From Eledone cirrhosa (taxonomy: Eukaryota): a stretch of 64,000 nucleotides of DNA. Under the pieces are notes generated by a model. That model worked only from the letters and a program-made list of their open reading frames with translations, was not told where the DNA came from and made no database searches. This document shows positions 12,752 through 26,994 of the stretch, in pieces. The number at the start of each line of letters is the position of its first letter. Within the stretch, counting starts at the first letter, position 1. The position numbers and the translations under genes were made by a program. The DNA is taken from assembly GCA_964016885.1 (NCBI GenBank), contig OZ024741.1:325872001-325936000 (forward strand), read 5' to 3'.

Positions 12752-13752
12752 GTTTTCTCTTTCTCTTAATTTCGAGTATATTTTTGTGACCGGCCACCTT
12801 CCTGGTGGCAAGGTTGTAAAAGAGAAGAAATTGTCATCCCTTGAATCGCAAGAATGTTTTGCAAATTTTGAAGGTGCCAGCTATCGCAGCCATCTGCAGA
12901 CTATGAATTAGGGAGCTGCGCTTTTTGTCCGCAAATCCAAGTTCAGTCATACTTTGGTCCAAGCGGGTTGGTATATAACCCGTAGCACCAATAATGATGG
13001 GTATGAAGCTAAAGGTGTATCTTGGATACTGGATTTGTAAACTCCTCATCAATGGTCCGTAGATGTCCTCTTTCTCCTGTATTTTTCTGACAACGTTTAC
13101 ATCAAGTGGGCAGTTGATCTCCACAACAGAACACGTTTTCAATGTGTGGTCCCAAACTACAATATCAGGCCGGTTGTGCTTTAATTTGGTGGCAGTTTTT
13201 ATTTTCAGGTTCCACCAGTATTCCTTAGTGCCATCTGTCTCAATATATTCTTCCTCGTTTGTTGTTAATTTTGTTTTCCGAAGTGCGTTCCAGATGGTTC
13301 TAGCTATCCCATCGTGTCTCATGGGGAGGTAGTAGCGAGATGACATTCTTTCGCAGCTGGCAACAATGTGGCTTACATCCTCGATCTTTGTTTTACATAG
13401 CCTACATTTATTGTCAGCTGCTGGCCCTCCTCTTTTGTGCTGCAGATATTTGGTAGGGAGTTCTTGTTCCTGTATTGCATAGAGATATCCCTCAAGGTGT
13501 GATGTCATAAACTTGTCGGAACTGCATGCCAGGCATTTTGAGTGGTTTATCCCCTCTATGGTCTGTGTTTTACGCCTCAAGTATCCATGCACAACTTTTT
13601 CTGTAAATTGGTCAATTTTCTTATCTTGTTTGAACATTGAATAGGATCTTCCGATTTCTCTGGGTGAGAGATTTATATCAGGCTTTATTCCATATCTCTC
13701 CTCCAGATCAGTCGCTATTCTAATGATATTTCTTTTTTCATGCTCATAAACC
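12752..13752 (-). mobile_element. 5'-truncated RLE-type non-LTR retrotransposon (R4/NeSL-like) within (TATG)n
   Basis: CCHC knuckle (CRLC..H...C), RHD and PD..D..E..K restriction-like endonuclease motifs. (TATG)n on both sides. Confidence 0.85.
12834..13751 (-). CDS. Zinc knuckle + restriction-like endonuclease of a non-LTR element (partial)
   Basis: 267 aa ORF that stays open upstream (VYEHEKRNIIRIATDLEERYG...) up to the repeat junction. Confidence 0.85.
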   Translation of the reverse strand, partial: VYEHEKRNIIRIATDLEERYGIKPDINLSPREIGRSYSMFKQDKKIDQFTEKVVHGYLRRKTQTIEGINHSKCLACSSDKFMTSHLEGYLYAIQEQELPTKYLQHKRGGPAADNKCRLCKTKIEDVSHIVASCERMSSRYYLPMRHDGIARTIWNALRKTKLTTNEEEYIETDGTKEYWWNLKIKTATKLKHNRPDIVVWDHTLKTCSVVEINCPLDVNVVRKIQEKEDIYGPLMRSLQIQYPRYTFSFIPIIIGATGYIPTRLDQSMTELGFADKKRSSLIHSLQMAAIAGTFKICKTFLRFKG

Positions 13753-13837
13753 TATGTATGTATGTATGTATGTATGTATGTATGTATGTATGTATGTATG
13801 TATGTATGTATGTATGTATGTATGTATGTATGTATGT

Positions 13838-14124
13838 ATGCTTCCCAAACATGTGGTAGAGAATGTAAATCAGCAGGAGGGCTCAAGCGACATGCAAAAG
13901 TACACGAACTCCAACCACAGCCGACTATTCCCAGTGAATGTTTTGGTTGCCGACTCTGTGCAAGATATTTTAGATCATTGGCTGGGCTAAAAAGCCACAT
14001 TCGATCGCAGCGTTGTTAGTTGCTATCGTGTGTGTGTGTGTGTGTGTGTAGATATGCTTATGTGTGTGTGTATATATATATATGTATATGTATATTATTA
14101 TTGTTGTTGTCGTTATTATTATTG

Positions 14125-14162
<38 letters not shown>

Positions 14163-14272
14163 GTTGTTATTAATGTATGTGTGTGTGTATGTATATGTAT
14201 ATATATATATATACATATATATTTCTGTTTTTTTTTTTATTTTTATTTTAATTTTATTTTAATTTTATTTTA

Positions 14273-14319
<47 letters not shown>

Positions 14320-14390
14320 TTTTCTTTCTCCTCGTGCAATGGCCATACTCGATAACGAGGGGGCAGCCATCATCATGTATGTATGTATGT
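13838..14390 (+). mobile_element. 3' end of an RTE-like LINE with two C2H2-like fingers, interrupted by microsatellites
   Basis: CGRECKSAGGLKRHAKVH and CRLCARYFRSLAGLKSHIR, stop at 14019. Probable 3' tail at 14330-14390 ending catcatgtatg. Confidence 0.6.
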
Positions 14391-14727
14391 ATGATCGACT
14401 TTCGTCAAATCGGACCGAGGGAACAATGTTTCCGTTGGTCTTTCCAATTGCTAATACTATCTATCGGTAGCAAACATCACACACATATATATATATGTGA
14501 TGTTTGCTCTAATCTGATTAGAGCAAACATCACGGGCGCTCTAACTCAAAATTATTTTTGAAAAGCATTAGAAATGCGCAACCGGTAAAAACTTAAAACT
14601 TAAAACCAAAACTGAATACTAACCAATACTTATTACTAATATTTACTTATTCCTAATTAAACTATTTTTCACTGGGAAAAATTTGTCAGCATTTTCTTTT
14701 CCTTTTACTAATATATATATATAGTTA

Positions 14728-14845
<118 letters not shown>

Positions 14846-14905
14846 TTCATATACACGTATACATAGCTATGCATGCATGTATGTATGTATGTATGTATAT
14901 ATATA

Positions 14906-14965
<60 letters not shown>

Positions 14966-15381
14966 CATTCATATACAAGCATATAAACGCTAGTATATAT
15001 ATATATATACTCACATACACATGCACACACACATACATATACATGTCTGGATAAGTGTGTGTCAGATTGTGAACGTGGTATGTTAAATGGAGTAAATATT
15101 TGTACGCGTGGGTTTTTAAAAAACAAAACAGACCGTATTGTGCCTCGACTAAGGCAATTTCCTCTCGATACAATGTTCATGAAACATCAAAAACCCTCTA
15201 TGCCAGACCAGCCCGCGTTACTATTTGATATAGGTAAATAGTGTTTATAATGTAAAGTTCCTTTAAAAAAAATCAGGAAATTAAAATTCTTTCTGTTCTT
15301 AATTCATTGTGAGGATGTTTAGATTTCAAAATGAAGGTTTCTATTTTTTGGTGTGTGGCCTTGTCTCTAAATAATTGTCTG

Positions 15382-15464
<83 letters not shown>

Positions 15465-15937
15465 TTTGCGAGTGTAATGTAAGAATATACGTGTATTAAC
15501 ATAGATATATACGTAAACATATACAAACACACACACACAGTCATAAAGATATACGTATGTTGTATATACACGAATATATATATATATATATAATACATTC
15601 ATACTGACAGATATACGTCTATATATACAGATATACATATATATATATACATACATACAAACTTATAGATATCTTATTAATTTCCGTTTCATGTGCCATT
15701 GCACATTGGTCTATTCTTGACCAGCTTCAAATTTACATTAATTTTGTTTACTATGAAATGTGACAAACCTCTTTCACACGAGATGCTGTCATTGCCACTC
15801 GTTGCACTGGTTCGTTTTTTTTTGTTTCAAATTACCATTTATAATATATATAATACCACACGCGCACCTGCACAGACACACACAGACACACACATATACA
15901 CACAGTTACACATAAACACACATACACAGACATACAT

Positions 15938-15968
<31 letters not shown>

Positions 15969-16874
15969 CACACACACACACATACACACACACACTCTCA
16001 GATATATGTATATGAATTTTGTATATATATATATATTTATAGACATATGTAGTGAGAAGGCATACAATAGCCTTAGAGACGGAAAAAGAAGTTGCTAGCA
16101 GGCACTACGAGGCATCAAACCTCGTATATCTCAGGTAACGGACAAGTGCTCTAACGATGAATCTAAAGGACCTCTAACAACACCTTACCACTTTATTAAA
16201 GGACCGGGATCAAACATTCTTTTGAAAATGTCAACAAACATCGTAAGTGAAGCCTGAACCTTCGAACTTATGAAACAGCTAAAGAATAAAGTTTATTGAA
16301 GATGTAATATATTCAAATGCAAGAAATACAGTCAGATGCTCTGACACAGCTTATAAAATAAGGTAAATACGCTTAGAAACGTAAAAAGATGTCAGCGGCT
16401 GCATTGGGAAAACTGAATTCAATTATTGTAAAACTTTATCCCTACATATCAAATTATCAAAACAGAATAACGACTTGTATGAGTTCAGGTCCTTATAAGA
16501 AGAGTAGGCATGTCGATGGGAGGAGCAGCATAAGATCGCAAATATATTCCCCAATTATAGACCCGACTAGCCTAAGATTCGATCCACCAACCATTCCATT
16601 CAGACATATATAAACCCTATCTCCTAGACACTATCATTTCCTCACTGAAAAGACATTAAATTAATTCTTATCGGAATGGCTATAAACAATGGCACTTCCT
16701 TATTTATAAATCTATTAACATCCTTTCACAGCCATAGAAAATACCCACCCGGTGCAAGTCAGCGAGATACCAGGACAAATAGCCATTGGTCAATAAAACA
16801 AACCACTTTCAACCAATCAGGAGCCAGTCGCGTCGAAACAGAAGAGCTGCGCACAACGGAAACAAGTAGACAAT

Positions 16875-17045
16875 AATTGTTTCTACTTTTGGCACAAGGC
16901 CAGCAATTACCCCAGTGCATTACTGGTACTTTATTTTATCAACCCCATAAGGATGAAAGGCAAAGTTAGCACCGGCTGGATTTGAACTCAGAACGTAAAG
17001 GGCCATAATTCTATGCTGCAAAGCATGGTTTCTGACGCTCTACAG
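16875..17045 (-). mobile_element. SINE copy
   Basis: Same core as 6660-6841. Confidence 0.85.
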
Positions 17046-17407
17046 ATGTCTACAAGACAATAATAACCTCTAATATTCTCTTATGAACTTTCTGTATACG
17101 CATGCACATTATTGTTTTTCTTTCTTTTTTATGTCTGTTCGTTCTCCCATCGACATGCCTACTCTTCTTATAAGGACCTGAACTCATACAGGTCGTTATT
17201 CTGATTTATATCTTGATATGTAGGGATACATTTTTTACCCTAATTAAATTCGATTTTTTCAATATATTATCGGGATTAACGACTTTTAGATGAACTTCCA
17301 TACATGTTAATGAAATATGTAAATACTATGAAATGTTATGAAATGTTATATTTCCCTTATGTTTTCTAAATAAATTTCTTAGTAACCACACAGCGCCTTT
17401 ACTTTTA

Positions 17408-17474
<67 letters not shown>

Positions 17475-17659
17475 GATAAATCTACCAAGAGTTTACGGTA
17501 GTGTCCAATCCGTATGAAGAACTCAATGTATTCCGGATATCATGGAAAGAAGAGATGTAATGAAAAATCACTTTCGGTGAAAGATAAACGGTATACAGAG
17601 TCAAGATAAAATATTAAACAAATAATGAATAAACAATTCCTTATATTAAACAAAAAAAG

Positions 17660-17814
17660 TTCATTATTTAACGATCGTTTCTAGGATATATATGTGTTAG
17701 AATTGGTATGCATATTCAACAGATCTATGTACAAAATTATACAAAATTATACAAATTATCAAGATTAAATATACATACCAAACACATATATACGCCGTCT
17801 TCAGAAATAATGAA
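17660..17814 (-). ncRNA. Hammerhead ribozyme (inverted pLTR of PLE2)
   Basis: Reverse complement of 23910-24064. Confidence 0.8.
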
Positions 17815-18259
17815 GTATATTTATTGATAATAACAACAATTCAAAATTTCAGGTCCGTTTGGGAACAAAATTGACCAATGAAAACACAAAGGGTTAAATG
17901 CAGTTCGGTGTGTGTATATACATGTAAAACACTTACACATATTTTACAAAAATGTATGTATAATTTGTATACGCATACTAAAAGGATGGATGCAAATACA
18001 AAATTTCAAGGTTAATGTCTCTGTAAGTTTATAATGCACAGATAAGATGCGTATTGACACATATATTTTTTCATACTCACACATATCCGTACAATCACAC
18101 ATACACGCGCGTATATACATAAATATACACATAACCACGAACATACAAACACACACACACCCCCACTCACATTTATATATGTGGATATAAAATCATAAGC
18201 ACATGGATATTAATTCACTCACATAAAACACTGGCACACGTAATCTTTTTGATATTACT

Positions 18260-19762
18260 ATGGGTTCAAGCGATTCCGCCCAAATTACTGATCTTGTGGG
18301 CCTCTTTCTCCTTTTCAACATAAATGCCTCTTTTCCCCACCTCAAAGGTGGTTTATATCGTGATGACTGTCTTCTTCTTTCTAACAACCTTAGCCTTTCA
18401 GAAATTGAAAAAAACAAAAAACATATTAGAACTTTCCTTAAAGACTATTATAATCTTAATATTACTTTTGAAAAAACAAGTAAAGTAGTAAATTTCCTAG
18501 ATATAACTTTAGATTTAGCTACGGGTATCTACCAACCTTACCATAAACCTAACCAAAACTTACATTACATACACTCACAATCTAATCACCCTAAATCTAT
18601 CCTTAAAAACCTTGCATATAATATATCACTTAGAATTTCTAACCTTTCTTCTAACCAAGATGTATTTGATAAAAATGCGACCTTCTATAACGAAGCTCTA
18701 GATAGAAGTGGCCACAAAAATAGATTAGAGTATATACCCTCTACTAAAAATACTGAAAGCATACAACATAATATTACCAACAAACACCAAATGAAAAGTA
18801 CACACCTAAATGCCACCCACACTATACCCCAAAATACCAAATCTTCTAATATAAAGTATAGTAACTCTCAAAAAACTACTCATCATACAACTCTAATAAA
18901 TATTAATAATAAAACTCATAATAAAAAGGATAAAACACCTAAATCTACAAATATAACTAAAAATAGTTGTGGTGAGATCATTAACATTAATCCTCCTAGT
19001 AAAAATCACGATACAACCTATAAAAATAATAAAAATAATAAACAACATAGAAACCGTAATAGACGGGTTACTTGGTATAATGCTCCTTTTAATTTACAAG
19101 TTAAGGATAATATTGCTAAAAAATATTTTTATATCCTTGAGAAAAACTTCCCGCCAAACCACAAATACCATCAAATCTTAAATAGGTCTACAGTTAAATT
19201 CTCATACTCTACAACAAATAACATAAAACAAAATATAAGTGCATATAATGCATATAAATGTAAGAAAACCATAAGTATACCACCAGTACATCAAATTAAC
19301 CATAATATCTCCTCAAATACAGAATTAACGAAAGGATGTAACTGTAGAAACAAAGCAAACTGCCCATTAAAAGGGAATTGTCTTGTTAACAACATAGTCT
19401 ATAAATGTAATGTTAAAACTAAAGATTCTATTTGCTCATATATAGGAGCTACCTCTAACAATTTTAAGACAAGGTTTAATACCCACAAGCATAGTTTTAA
19501 AAATGCCGCACTGGCTAATACAACATCTCTAGCAGAAAAAATCAATAGTTATAAAAATAAGAATATAGAATATGATTTGACCTGGAGTGTGCTCAAAAGA
19601 GCCACCCCTTATCAAAATAATAGAAATGAATGTAGATTATGTTCCCAAGAACTATTTGAAATAATGAAGTCTAAGGATATCTTATTAAATAAACGACAGG
19701 AATTAATTATATCGTGTAATCATAAACTAAAAAAAACATTTAAATATTATAAACCTAATTAA
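18260..19762 (+). CDS. PLE reverse transcriptase (C-terminal half) + GIY-YIG endonuclease, 5'-truncated
   Basis: MGSSDSAQITDLVG, LYRDD, FLDITL, SNHP, CNCRNKANCPLKGNC, IVYKC...YIGAT...RFNTH, CRLC, LLNKR. Confidence 0.93.
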   Translation: MGSSDSAQITDLVGLFLLFNINASFPHLKGGLYRDDCLLLSNNLSLSEIEKNKKHIRTFLKDYYNLNITFEKTSKVVNFLDITLDLATGIYQPYHKPNQNLHYIHSQSNHPKSILKNLAYNISLRISNLSSNQDVFDKNATFYNEALDRSGHKNRLEYIPSTKNTESIQHNITNKHQMKSTHLNATHTIPQNTKSSNIKYSNSQKTTHHTTLININNKTHNKKDKTPKSTNITKNSCGEIININPPSKNHDTTYKNNKNNKQHRNRNRRVTWYNAPFNLQVKDNIAKKYFYILEKNFPPNHKYHQILNRSTVKFSYSTTNNIKQNISAYNAYKCKKTISIPPVHQINHNISSNTELTKGCNCRNKANCPLKGNCLVNNIVYKCNVKTKDSICSYIGATSNNFKTRFNTHKHSFKNAALANTTSLAEKINSYKNKNIEYDLTWSVLKRATPYQNNRNECRLCSQELFEIMKSKDILLNKRQELIISCNHKLKKTFKYYKPN

Positions 19763-21408
19763 TAACATTATTTTAGAAATTAATTTAATTTAAATGTTAG
19801 TTAACCTATAAATTTAATTTAATTAAAATTTTATTACAGATGAGAATATAAAATATTATGTAATCATAAATTGTGAAAAAACTTTTAAATATTACTAATA
19901 TATACTTAGTAATTTAATTTATAGATTAATTTTAATTTATTTAAACCTTTTATTATAATTCTTTTACAGATAAAATATAACAAAATAATATCGTGTATCC
20001 AATGACAGTGAAATAATTTTTAGTATTATAGACCTAATTAATATACATTTTAGAAATATATTTATAATTTGGTTTTAATTTTAATCAACCTAAAAATTTA
20101 ATTTTAATTTGCTTAAAATTAGTATCCTTATACAGACGAATTGCAGAATGTCATGTAATCATAGAATGGGATGTGTTTTGGATATATACCTAGTTAATAT
20201 ATTCTATGCAAATTTTTTGAAAAAGATATGTATATGTATATGTGTATGTGTATGTGTGTGTGTATGTATATGTGTATATATGTATATATATATATGTGTG
20301 TATATATATGTATATATGTATGTGTATGTATATGTATATGTATGCGTATTAATTTTGATTTCTATTTGCATATAATTATATTATGCTATTGATGAAATAC
20401 AATATCTGCTTTATGTATTATATACCTAATTAACATATACTATAGAAATAAATATATAATTTTTAATTTAGTTAACCTATAATTTATATTCTACTATCGA
20501 TGTAATACTTTATTTTATTTGTTTTTTCCCTATTACTAAATTCATTTCCTAATATTGATACCATAACGTTATTAACTTTAATTTAGTTATACTATAATTA
20601 ATACTCTACTACTATTTAACTTCAAAATTCTGCTTCAAATATTATAAACCTAACTAATTTACACCTTAGAAATCAATATGTTAACTATCTTTGGTTTAGT
20701 TAACATATGATTAATGGTATACTTGTTTATTTTGAGATGCATAGATTTTGCCTTAGTTCTTGTTTGTTGTATTTCCTAACACTGAAACTATGTAAAAACA
20801 TACATTGGATAAAGATACGGAAAATATTCTATGTTTCTTGAAACATATATTTACTTTGATCCCCTTCTCCAAACCCCCCCTTTCCCCCATACTATTATCA
20901 TCTGTATTTGTAAGCGTGTATGTATGAATATATATGTAGGTAGGTGTCTATATAGGTTTGGGTATTTATATCTAAATATAAAAATACATATATGCGCATG
21001 CAAATATGAATGTAAGATTGTGTGTGTATATATGAGTGTGTGTATGTATGTATATATGTGTATATATGCATGTATATATGTATATGTATGTGAATGTGTG
21101 TATGTATATGTGTATGTATATATATATGTATGTGTATATATATGTATATATGTATATATAGGAATATATATATATATGTATATATATGTATATGTATATG
21201 TGTGTGTATGTATGTGTGTGTATGTGTGTTCTATATATATGTATGTTTCTCTATTTATATGTCTATCTTCGTATCTATGTGATATATGTGTGTGTGTGTG
21301 CATGTATGCACATATATGTGTTTATGTGTATATATGTGTATGTGTGTATATACGTGTGTGTGCACACACATATATATGTGAGTGTGTATATGTGTCTGTG
21401 TATATGTA

Positions 21409-21452
<44 letters not shown>

Positions 21453-21516
21453 TGTCTATGTGTGAATATATGTCTATATTCGTATGTGTGTATATATGTA
21501 TGTATATGTTTATATG

Positions 21517-21577
<61 letters not shown>

Positions 21578-22256
21578 TTTTATTATTAAAATATAACTTA
21601 TGTGTATGTGTGTATAAGTGAGGTTGTGTATGTGTATATAATATGTGTATATATAAGTGTAAAAAAAAAAAATATATATGTGCATGTCTGTTTTTTATGT
21701 GTGTGTATATATATATATATATATACGTGTGTATATATATGTATATGTGGGTGTTTGTATGTGTATTTATGGTGGTATGAGTGTGTGGGTATCTATATAT
21801 ATATATATATATGTATGAATGTACGTGTGTATATGTATGTGTATATATATATATATGTATATATGTATATATATATGTATATATATATATATATGTATGT
21901 ATATGTATATCTCTATTAATGCGTGTATATATGTATATACATATGCCGTTTATTATTATTTTTATTTGTATGTCTGAGTTAGGTGAGGTTGTAGTGGTGT
22001 TTTTATGTATATACGCATATATGGATGCGTATGTATTTGTATATATGAGTATAAGTAAGTGCATATGTATGTATGATTATATATCTAATTCTATGTATGA
22101 ATATACATGTATATATATGTGTGTATGTAAGTTGTGTGTGTATGTATGTATATGTCTATGTGTGTGTATATATATATGTATGTATATCGATGTACGTGTA
22201 TGTATGTACATGTATGTCTATGTATGTGTGTATGTATGTGTATGTATATTTAGGTG

Positions 22257-22298
<42 letters not shown>

Positions 22299-22602
22299 TA
22301 TGTGTGTGTATATATATATGTATATATCTTTATTATTTATTTTTTATATATATGTGTATGTGTGTATGTGTTGTGTGTGTGTGTGTGTGTATATATATCT
22401 TTATATATGTGTATGTGTATGTTCGTGTAGGTGTATGTGTGTGTATGACTTTATATGTATGTGTGTATGTGTGTATGCGTAAATATTTCTATGTGTGTGT
22501 ACATGTATGTATGTGTGTATATCTGTATGTGTGTGTATGTGTATTTGTATGTGTATATATATATATATATATATATGTTATATATATATATGTATATGTA
22601 TA

Positions 22603-22633
<31 letters not shown>

Positions 22634-22948
22634 CTATATGTTTTTCTATTTGTATATGTATGTGTGTATAGGTATATACCTTTCTCTTTGTATTTCTAAG
22701 TTGTGTGATAGTGTAGTGGTGTTTGTATGTATATACCGATATATAGATGAGTAAGTATTCGTCTGTATGTATATATGTAAGTCTGTATATATTTGTGTGC
22801 ATATATAGCTATGTATGTTTATATCTGTATGTATATTAGTAGTAAGTGTTGTATATGTGCATGTATGTGTGTGGTTATATATATCTGTGTCTATATAGTA
22901 TGTGTGATTATATGTATATGTGTGTGTATATGTACGTGTATATACATA

Positions 22949-23007
<59 letters not shown>

Positions 23008-23909
23008 GTATGTGTATTTGTATGTATATGTGTATATGTATGTATGTGTGTATATGTATATGTTTATATATGTGTGTGTATGTATGTTCTTAGTGTGGAT
23101 GTGTGTATATGTATGTATGTGTTTGTATATGTGTGTATATTTATGTATGTGTGTGTGTGTGTGTCTATGTGTATATATATGTATGTTATATATATATATA
23201 TATATATGTGTGTGTATATATATATATATGTATATATATATGTATGTGTATATATGTATATATATATATTTATTTTCTTGATATATTTCTTTTTTCTTTT
23301 TTCTTTTTTCTGTTTTTCTTTCTAGTCTTTCCTCTTTAATGTTTATTTATTATATTTTATTTTTTTATTTTTTTATTTTCTTAGTTTATAGATACATCTA
23401 TATTAGGCAGTCTGCTCAGACCGTTGAATACTGACCTCTCCCCCCCCCCTCCCACCTAATTTCTGTATCTTGATCTAAAAATGTGTGTGCCAGTGTTTTA
23501 TGTGAGTGAATTAATATCCATGTGCTTATGATTTTATATCCACATATATAAATGTGAGTGGGGGTGTGTGTGTGTTTGTATGTTCGTGGTTATGTGTATA
23601 TTTATGCATATACGCGCGTGTATGTGTGATTGTACGGATATGTGTGAGTATGAAAAAATATATGTGTCAATACGCATCTTATCTGTGCATTATAAACTTA
23701 CAGAGACATTAACCTTGAAATTTTGTATTTGCATCCATCCTTTTAGTATGCGTATACAAATTATACATACATTTTTGTAAAATATGTGTAAGGGTTTTAC
23801 ATGTATATACACACACCGAACTGCATTTAATCCTTTGTGTTTTCATTGGTCAATTTTGTTCCCAAACGGACCTGAAATTTTGAATTGTTGTTATTATCAA
23901 TAAATATAC

Positions 23910-24064
23910 TTCATTATTTCTGAAGACGGCGTATATATGTGTTTGGTATGTATATTTAATCTTGATAATTTGTATAATTTTGTATAATTTTGTACATAGA
24001 TCTGTTGAATATGCATACCAATTCTAACACATATATATCCTAGAAACGATCGTTAAATAATGAA
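23910..24064 (+). ncRNA. Type I hammerhead ribozyme in PLE2 pLTR
   Basis: ttcattattt-CTGAAGA-cgg..atatatgtgtt...aacacatatat..ccta-GAAA-cgatcg-TT-aaataatgaa (10-bp stem I). Confidence 0.85.
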
Positions 24065-24484
24065 CTTTTTTTGTTTAATATAAGGAATTGTTTATTCATT
24101 ATTTGTTTAATATTTTATATATATATATATATATATATAAATTAAAAGTAAAGGCGCTGTGTGGTTACTAACAATTTTATTTAGAAAACATAAGTGAAAC
24201 ATATATATATATATATATTTATTAAAATAACAGATTAAAGTTTAAGCAAAGAATCGGTGCTTTCACCTTTAATGGGATTTTCTGAAACTAAAAAAAAATT
24301 AATCTGTGAACGCAGAAGTAAATATTTCGAAAAACGATGCAACCGAAGGAAGACAGGAAGACGATACTTTGGTTCGTGGAAACGTTCCCTGGCAAAGAAC
24401 GAAAAAAAAACGAAGATAATACGTCAAAGACAAAATCACGTTATCGAGCCCTCTTTTGATTTTAGTCTTCAAATTTGTTATTAT

Positions 24485-24521
<37 letters not shown>

Positions 24522-24909
24522 TAAATAGAGGTGTGACACACGAGTTGTGATATATTAGTAAAAAGGAAAAGAAAATGGTGACACATTTTTCCCAGTGAAA
24601 AATAGTTTAATTAGGAATAAGTATAAATTAAAACTATTTTTCACTGGGAAAAATTTGTCACCATTTTCTTTTCCTTTTTACTAATATATATATATATATT
24701 AGCTTATGCAAGAAATGCTTAGGATTATCCTGAATGCAGTAATGGTTAATTACTACACTAGATAGAGTTGACGTACGGTGAGGGGTTACTCAACGACTTA
24801 TGGAAGAATAGTTAAAGAAACTCACTTTCTGATCCTCCTGTATTCCGGAGTGTAGATAAAAATGAATAATAAAACAGGTAGACACCATAAAAAGGTAATT
24901 TATTCCGAG

Positions 24910-24999
24910 TGCTTACAAACGTTTCAACAGTAGTTATACAAACTAGTTTGCAGATACTCAATTTTTAAATGCTGCTTCTTTTACCGTATCCTCAGAGCA
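24910..24999 (-). ncRNA. Hammerhead ribozyme (inverted pLTR of PLE3)
   Basis: Reverse complement of 26995-27114 with a shorter loop II. Confidence 0.7.
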
Positions 25000-25085
25000 G
25001 AATGGTTAAAATGTAAATACCCTTGTGTTTCTTAAAGGAAGTTATTGGGGAAGATAGAGTAGAAAAAGGAAGAGAGAAAGAAGGG

Positions 25086-25175
<90 letters not shown>

Positions 25176-26805
25176 TAGGGGTGGGAGAAATGGGAGAGAG
25201 TGGTTTGAAGAATACAGATAGCTTAATCTAAATGTTGTGATAGGGGTTCAACAAGTGGTTTTATTATACTGCTTACTCTCACAGTGACAACTTAGGCATT
25301 GTGTTGATATTGTCAAGTTTGGAATTATTTATTGCCACAGAGAGCAGGTTAATAGATCTGAGATTTTCAGTGAACATGCTGAATACTATAATAACGCATT
25401 AAGGAATGCAGACCCACCGGGCTAAAATATAATACATTGATAAGAATCTCCATAGCACACATAGCTACACACGAAATCAAAGAATATGTAACCGGGGTAC
25501 AGAAATACAAGCGCACACACGCAGTACCACTAGACATACTAATAATAGAAAATCATTACCAAACTCAAATAAATTACATTGTAGAAAGTATATCTGGTAT
25601 AATCCCATTTTTAATGCTTCGATTAGTACAAAACTATCTCTTTCATTCTTTAAGTTAATTAACAAGCATTTCCCTAATTCCCATAAATACAGTAAAATTC
25701 TAAACTCTAAGACTATTAAGCTATCATAATCCAAACCTTGAAGCATACATAAACAAACTTAACTTAAAGCAATTATTAAACAACACTACAAAACAAAATA
25801 TTTTAGAAACAGATGGGCATAACGTAATATCGGCCTCCCAACCACCAAATGGGAGACGGGTATTACACAACCCACCTGAACTGTTATCCCAACCTATCCA
25901 TGGTATATCTGCTACCCACAACAAAAACTGCAACTGCCATCTACCCGAGAGATGCCCATTGAAGAATAAATGCCTAGAGTCCAACATTGTTTATCAATGC
26001 ACTGTTGTGTCGAACGACCAGAAATGGTATTACACCGGGTCTACCTCTACCTCCTTTAAATCTCGCTGGTATCATCATCGATTTTCGATTAAACATCCTG
26101 AACACCGTCTTGTCACCACGCTCGCCAATAAGACCTGGCAACTCCGTGAATGCAACCGGCAGTTCACCTTGAAATGGGATAAATTATCCAGTGCTAGTAC
26201 ATATCCAGCGCTAGTGCATACTGCAGATTATGCAACCTTGAACTCTTTTATATCTTAAAATCCCAAAAGAACTTACTAAATGACAGAATCGAACGATCGT
26301 TATAGTGCAACCACAAATTGAAGGCTAAATTTTCTCACTATTAAATAAATTAACATTCGAACCTGAGACTACATCACTTTCTCGCTAACTAATTTCACTC
26401 AATAACTACTTCCTAACTATATCCCCCACCCCACACTGCAAGCCAGTACCCTGCTTCTCATTATAAATGGATACTTGAGTGCGATTTGCAGACTACAACT
26501 ATGAACTCGATGTATACTGCCTTTCCTTCCCCTTCTCGTAGCTTTCTCTGTCTCCCCCCTCTCTCTCTTTATCTCCCCCCCTCTCTCCCTCTCTCGCCTC
26601 GGTCAACCTCCCTCCCTCTCCACATCTATTAACCTGCTCTCTGTGGCAATAAATAATTCCAAACTTGACAATATCAACACAATGCCTATGTTGTCACTTT
26701 GAGAGTAAGCAGTATAATAAAACCACTTGTTGGACCCCTATCACAGTATTTAGGTTAAGCTATCTGTATTCTTCGAACCACTCTCTCCCATTTCTCCGAC
26801 CCCTA

Positions 26806-26874
<69 letters not shown>

Positions 26875-26994
26875 CTATCTGTCTCTCTCTCTCTCCTTCC
26901 CTCCCTCCCCCTTCTTTCTCTCTTCCTTTTTCTACTCTATCTTCCCCAATAACTTTCTTTAAGAAATACAAGGGTATTTGCATTTTAACCATTC

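Larger units (their letters stand above)
17472..24118 (+). mobile_element. Penelope-like element 2 (Naiad-like), inverted pLTRs 17606-18239 / 23485-24118
   Basis: 500 aa RT-GIY-YIG ORF, ~630 bp inverted repeats, extra tail 17472-17605, (TA)n on both flanks. Confidence 0.95.

Noticed and set aside
13838-14019. Host C2H2 zinc-finger gene exon
   Set aside because: No splice acceptor, it begins in (TATG)n, and it resembles an RTE ORF end.
19330-19730. Selenocysteine recoding, as reported for some Naiad PLEs
   Set aside because: The conserved Cys positions in PLE2/4 are TGT/TGC and the ORF has no in-frame TGA.
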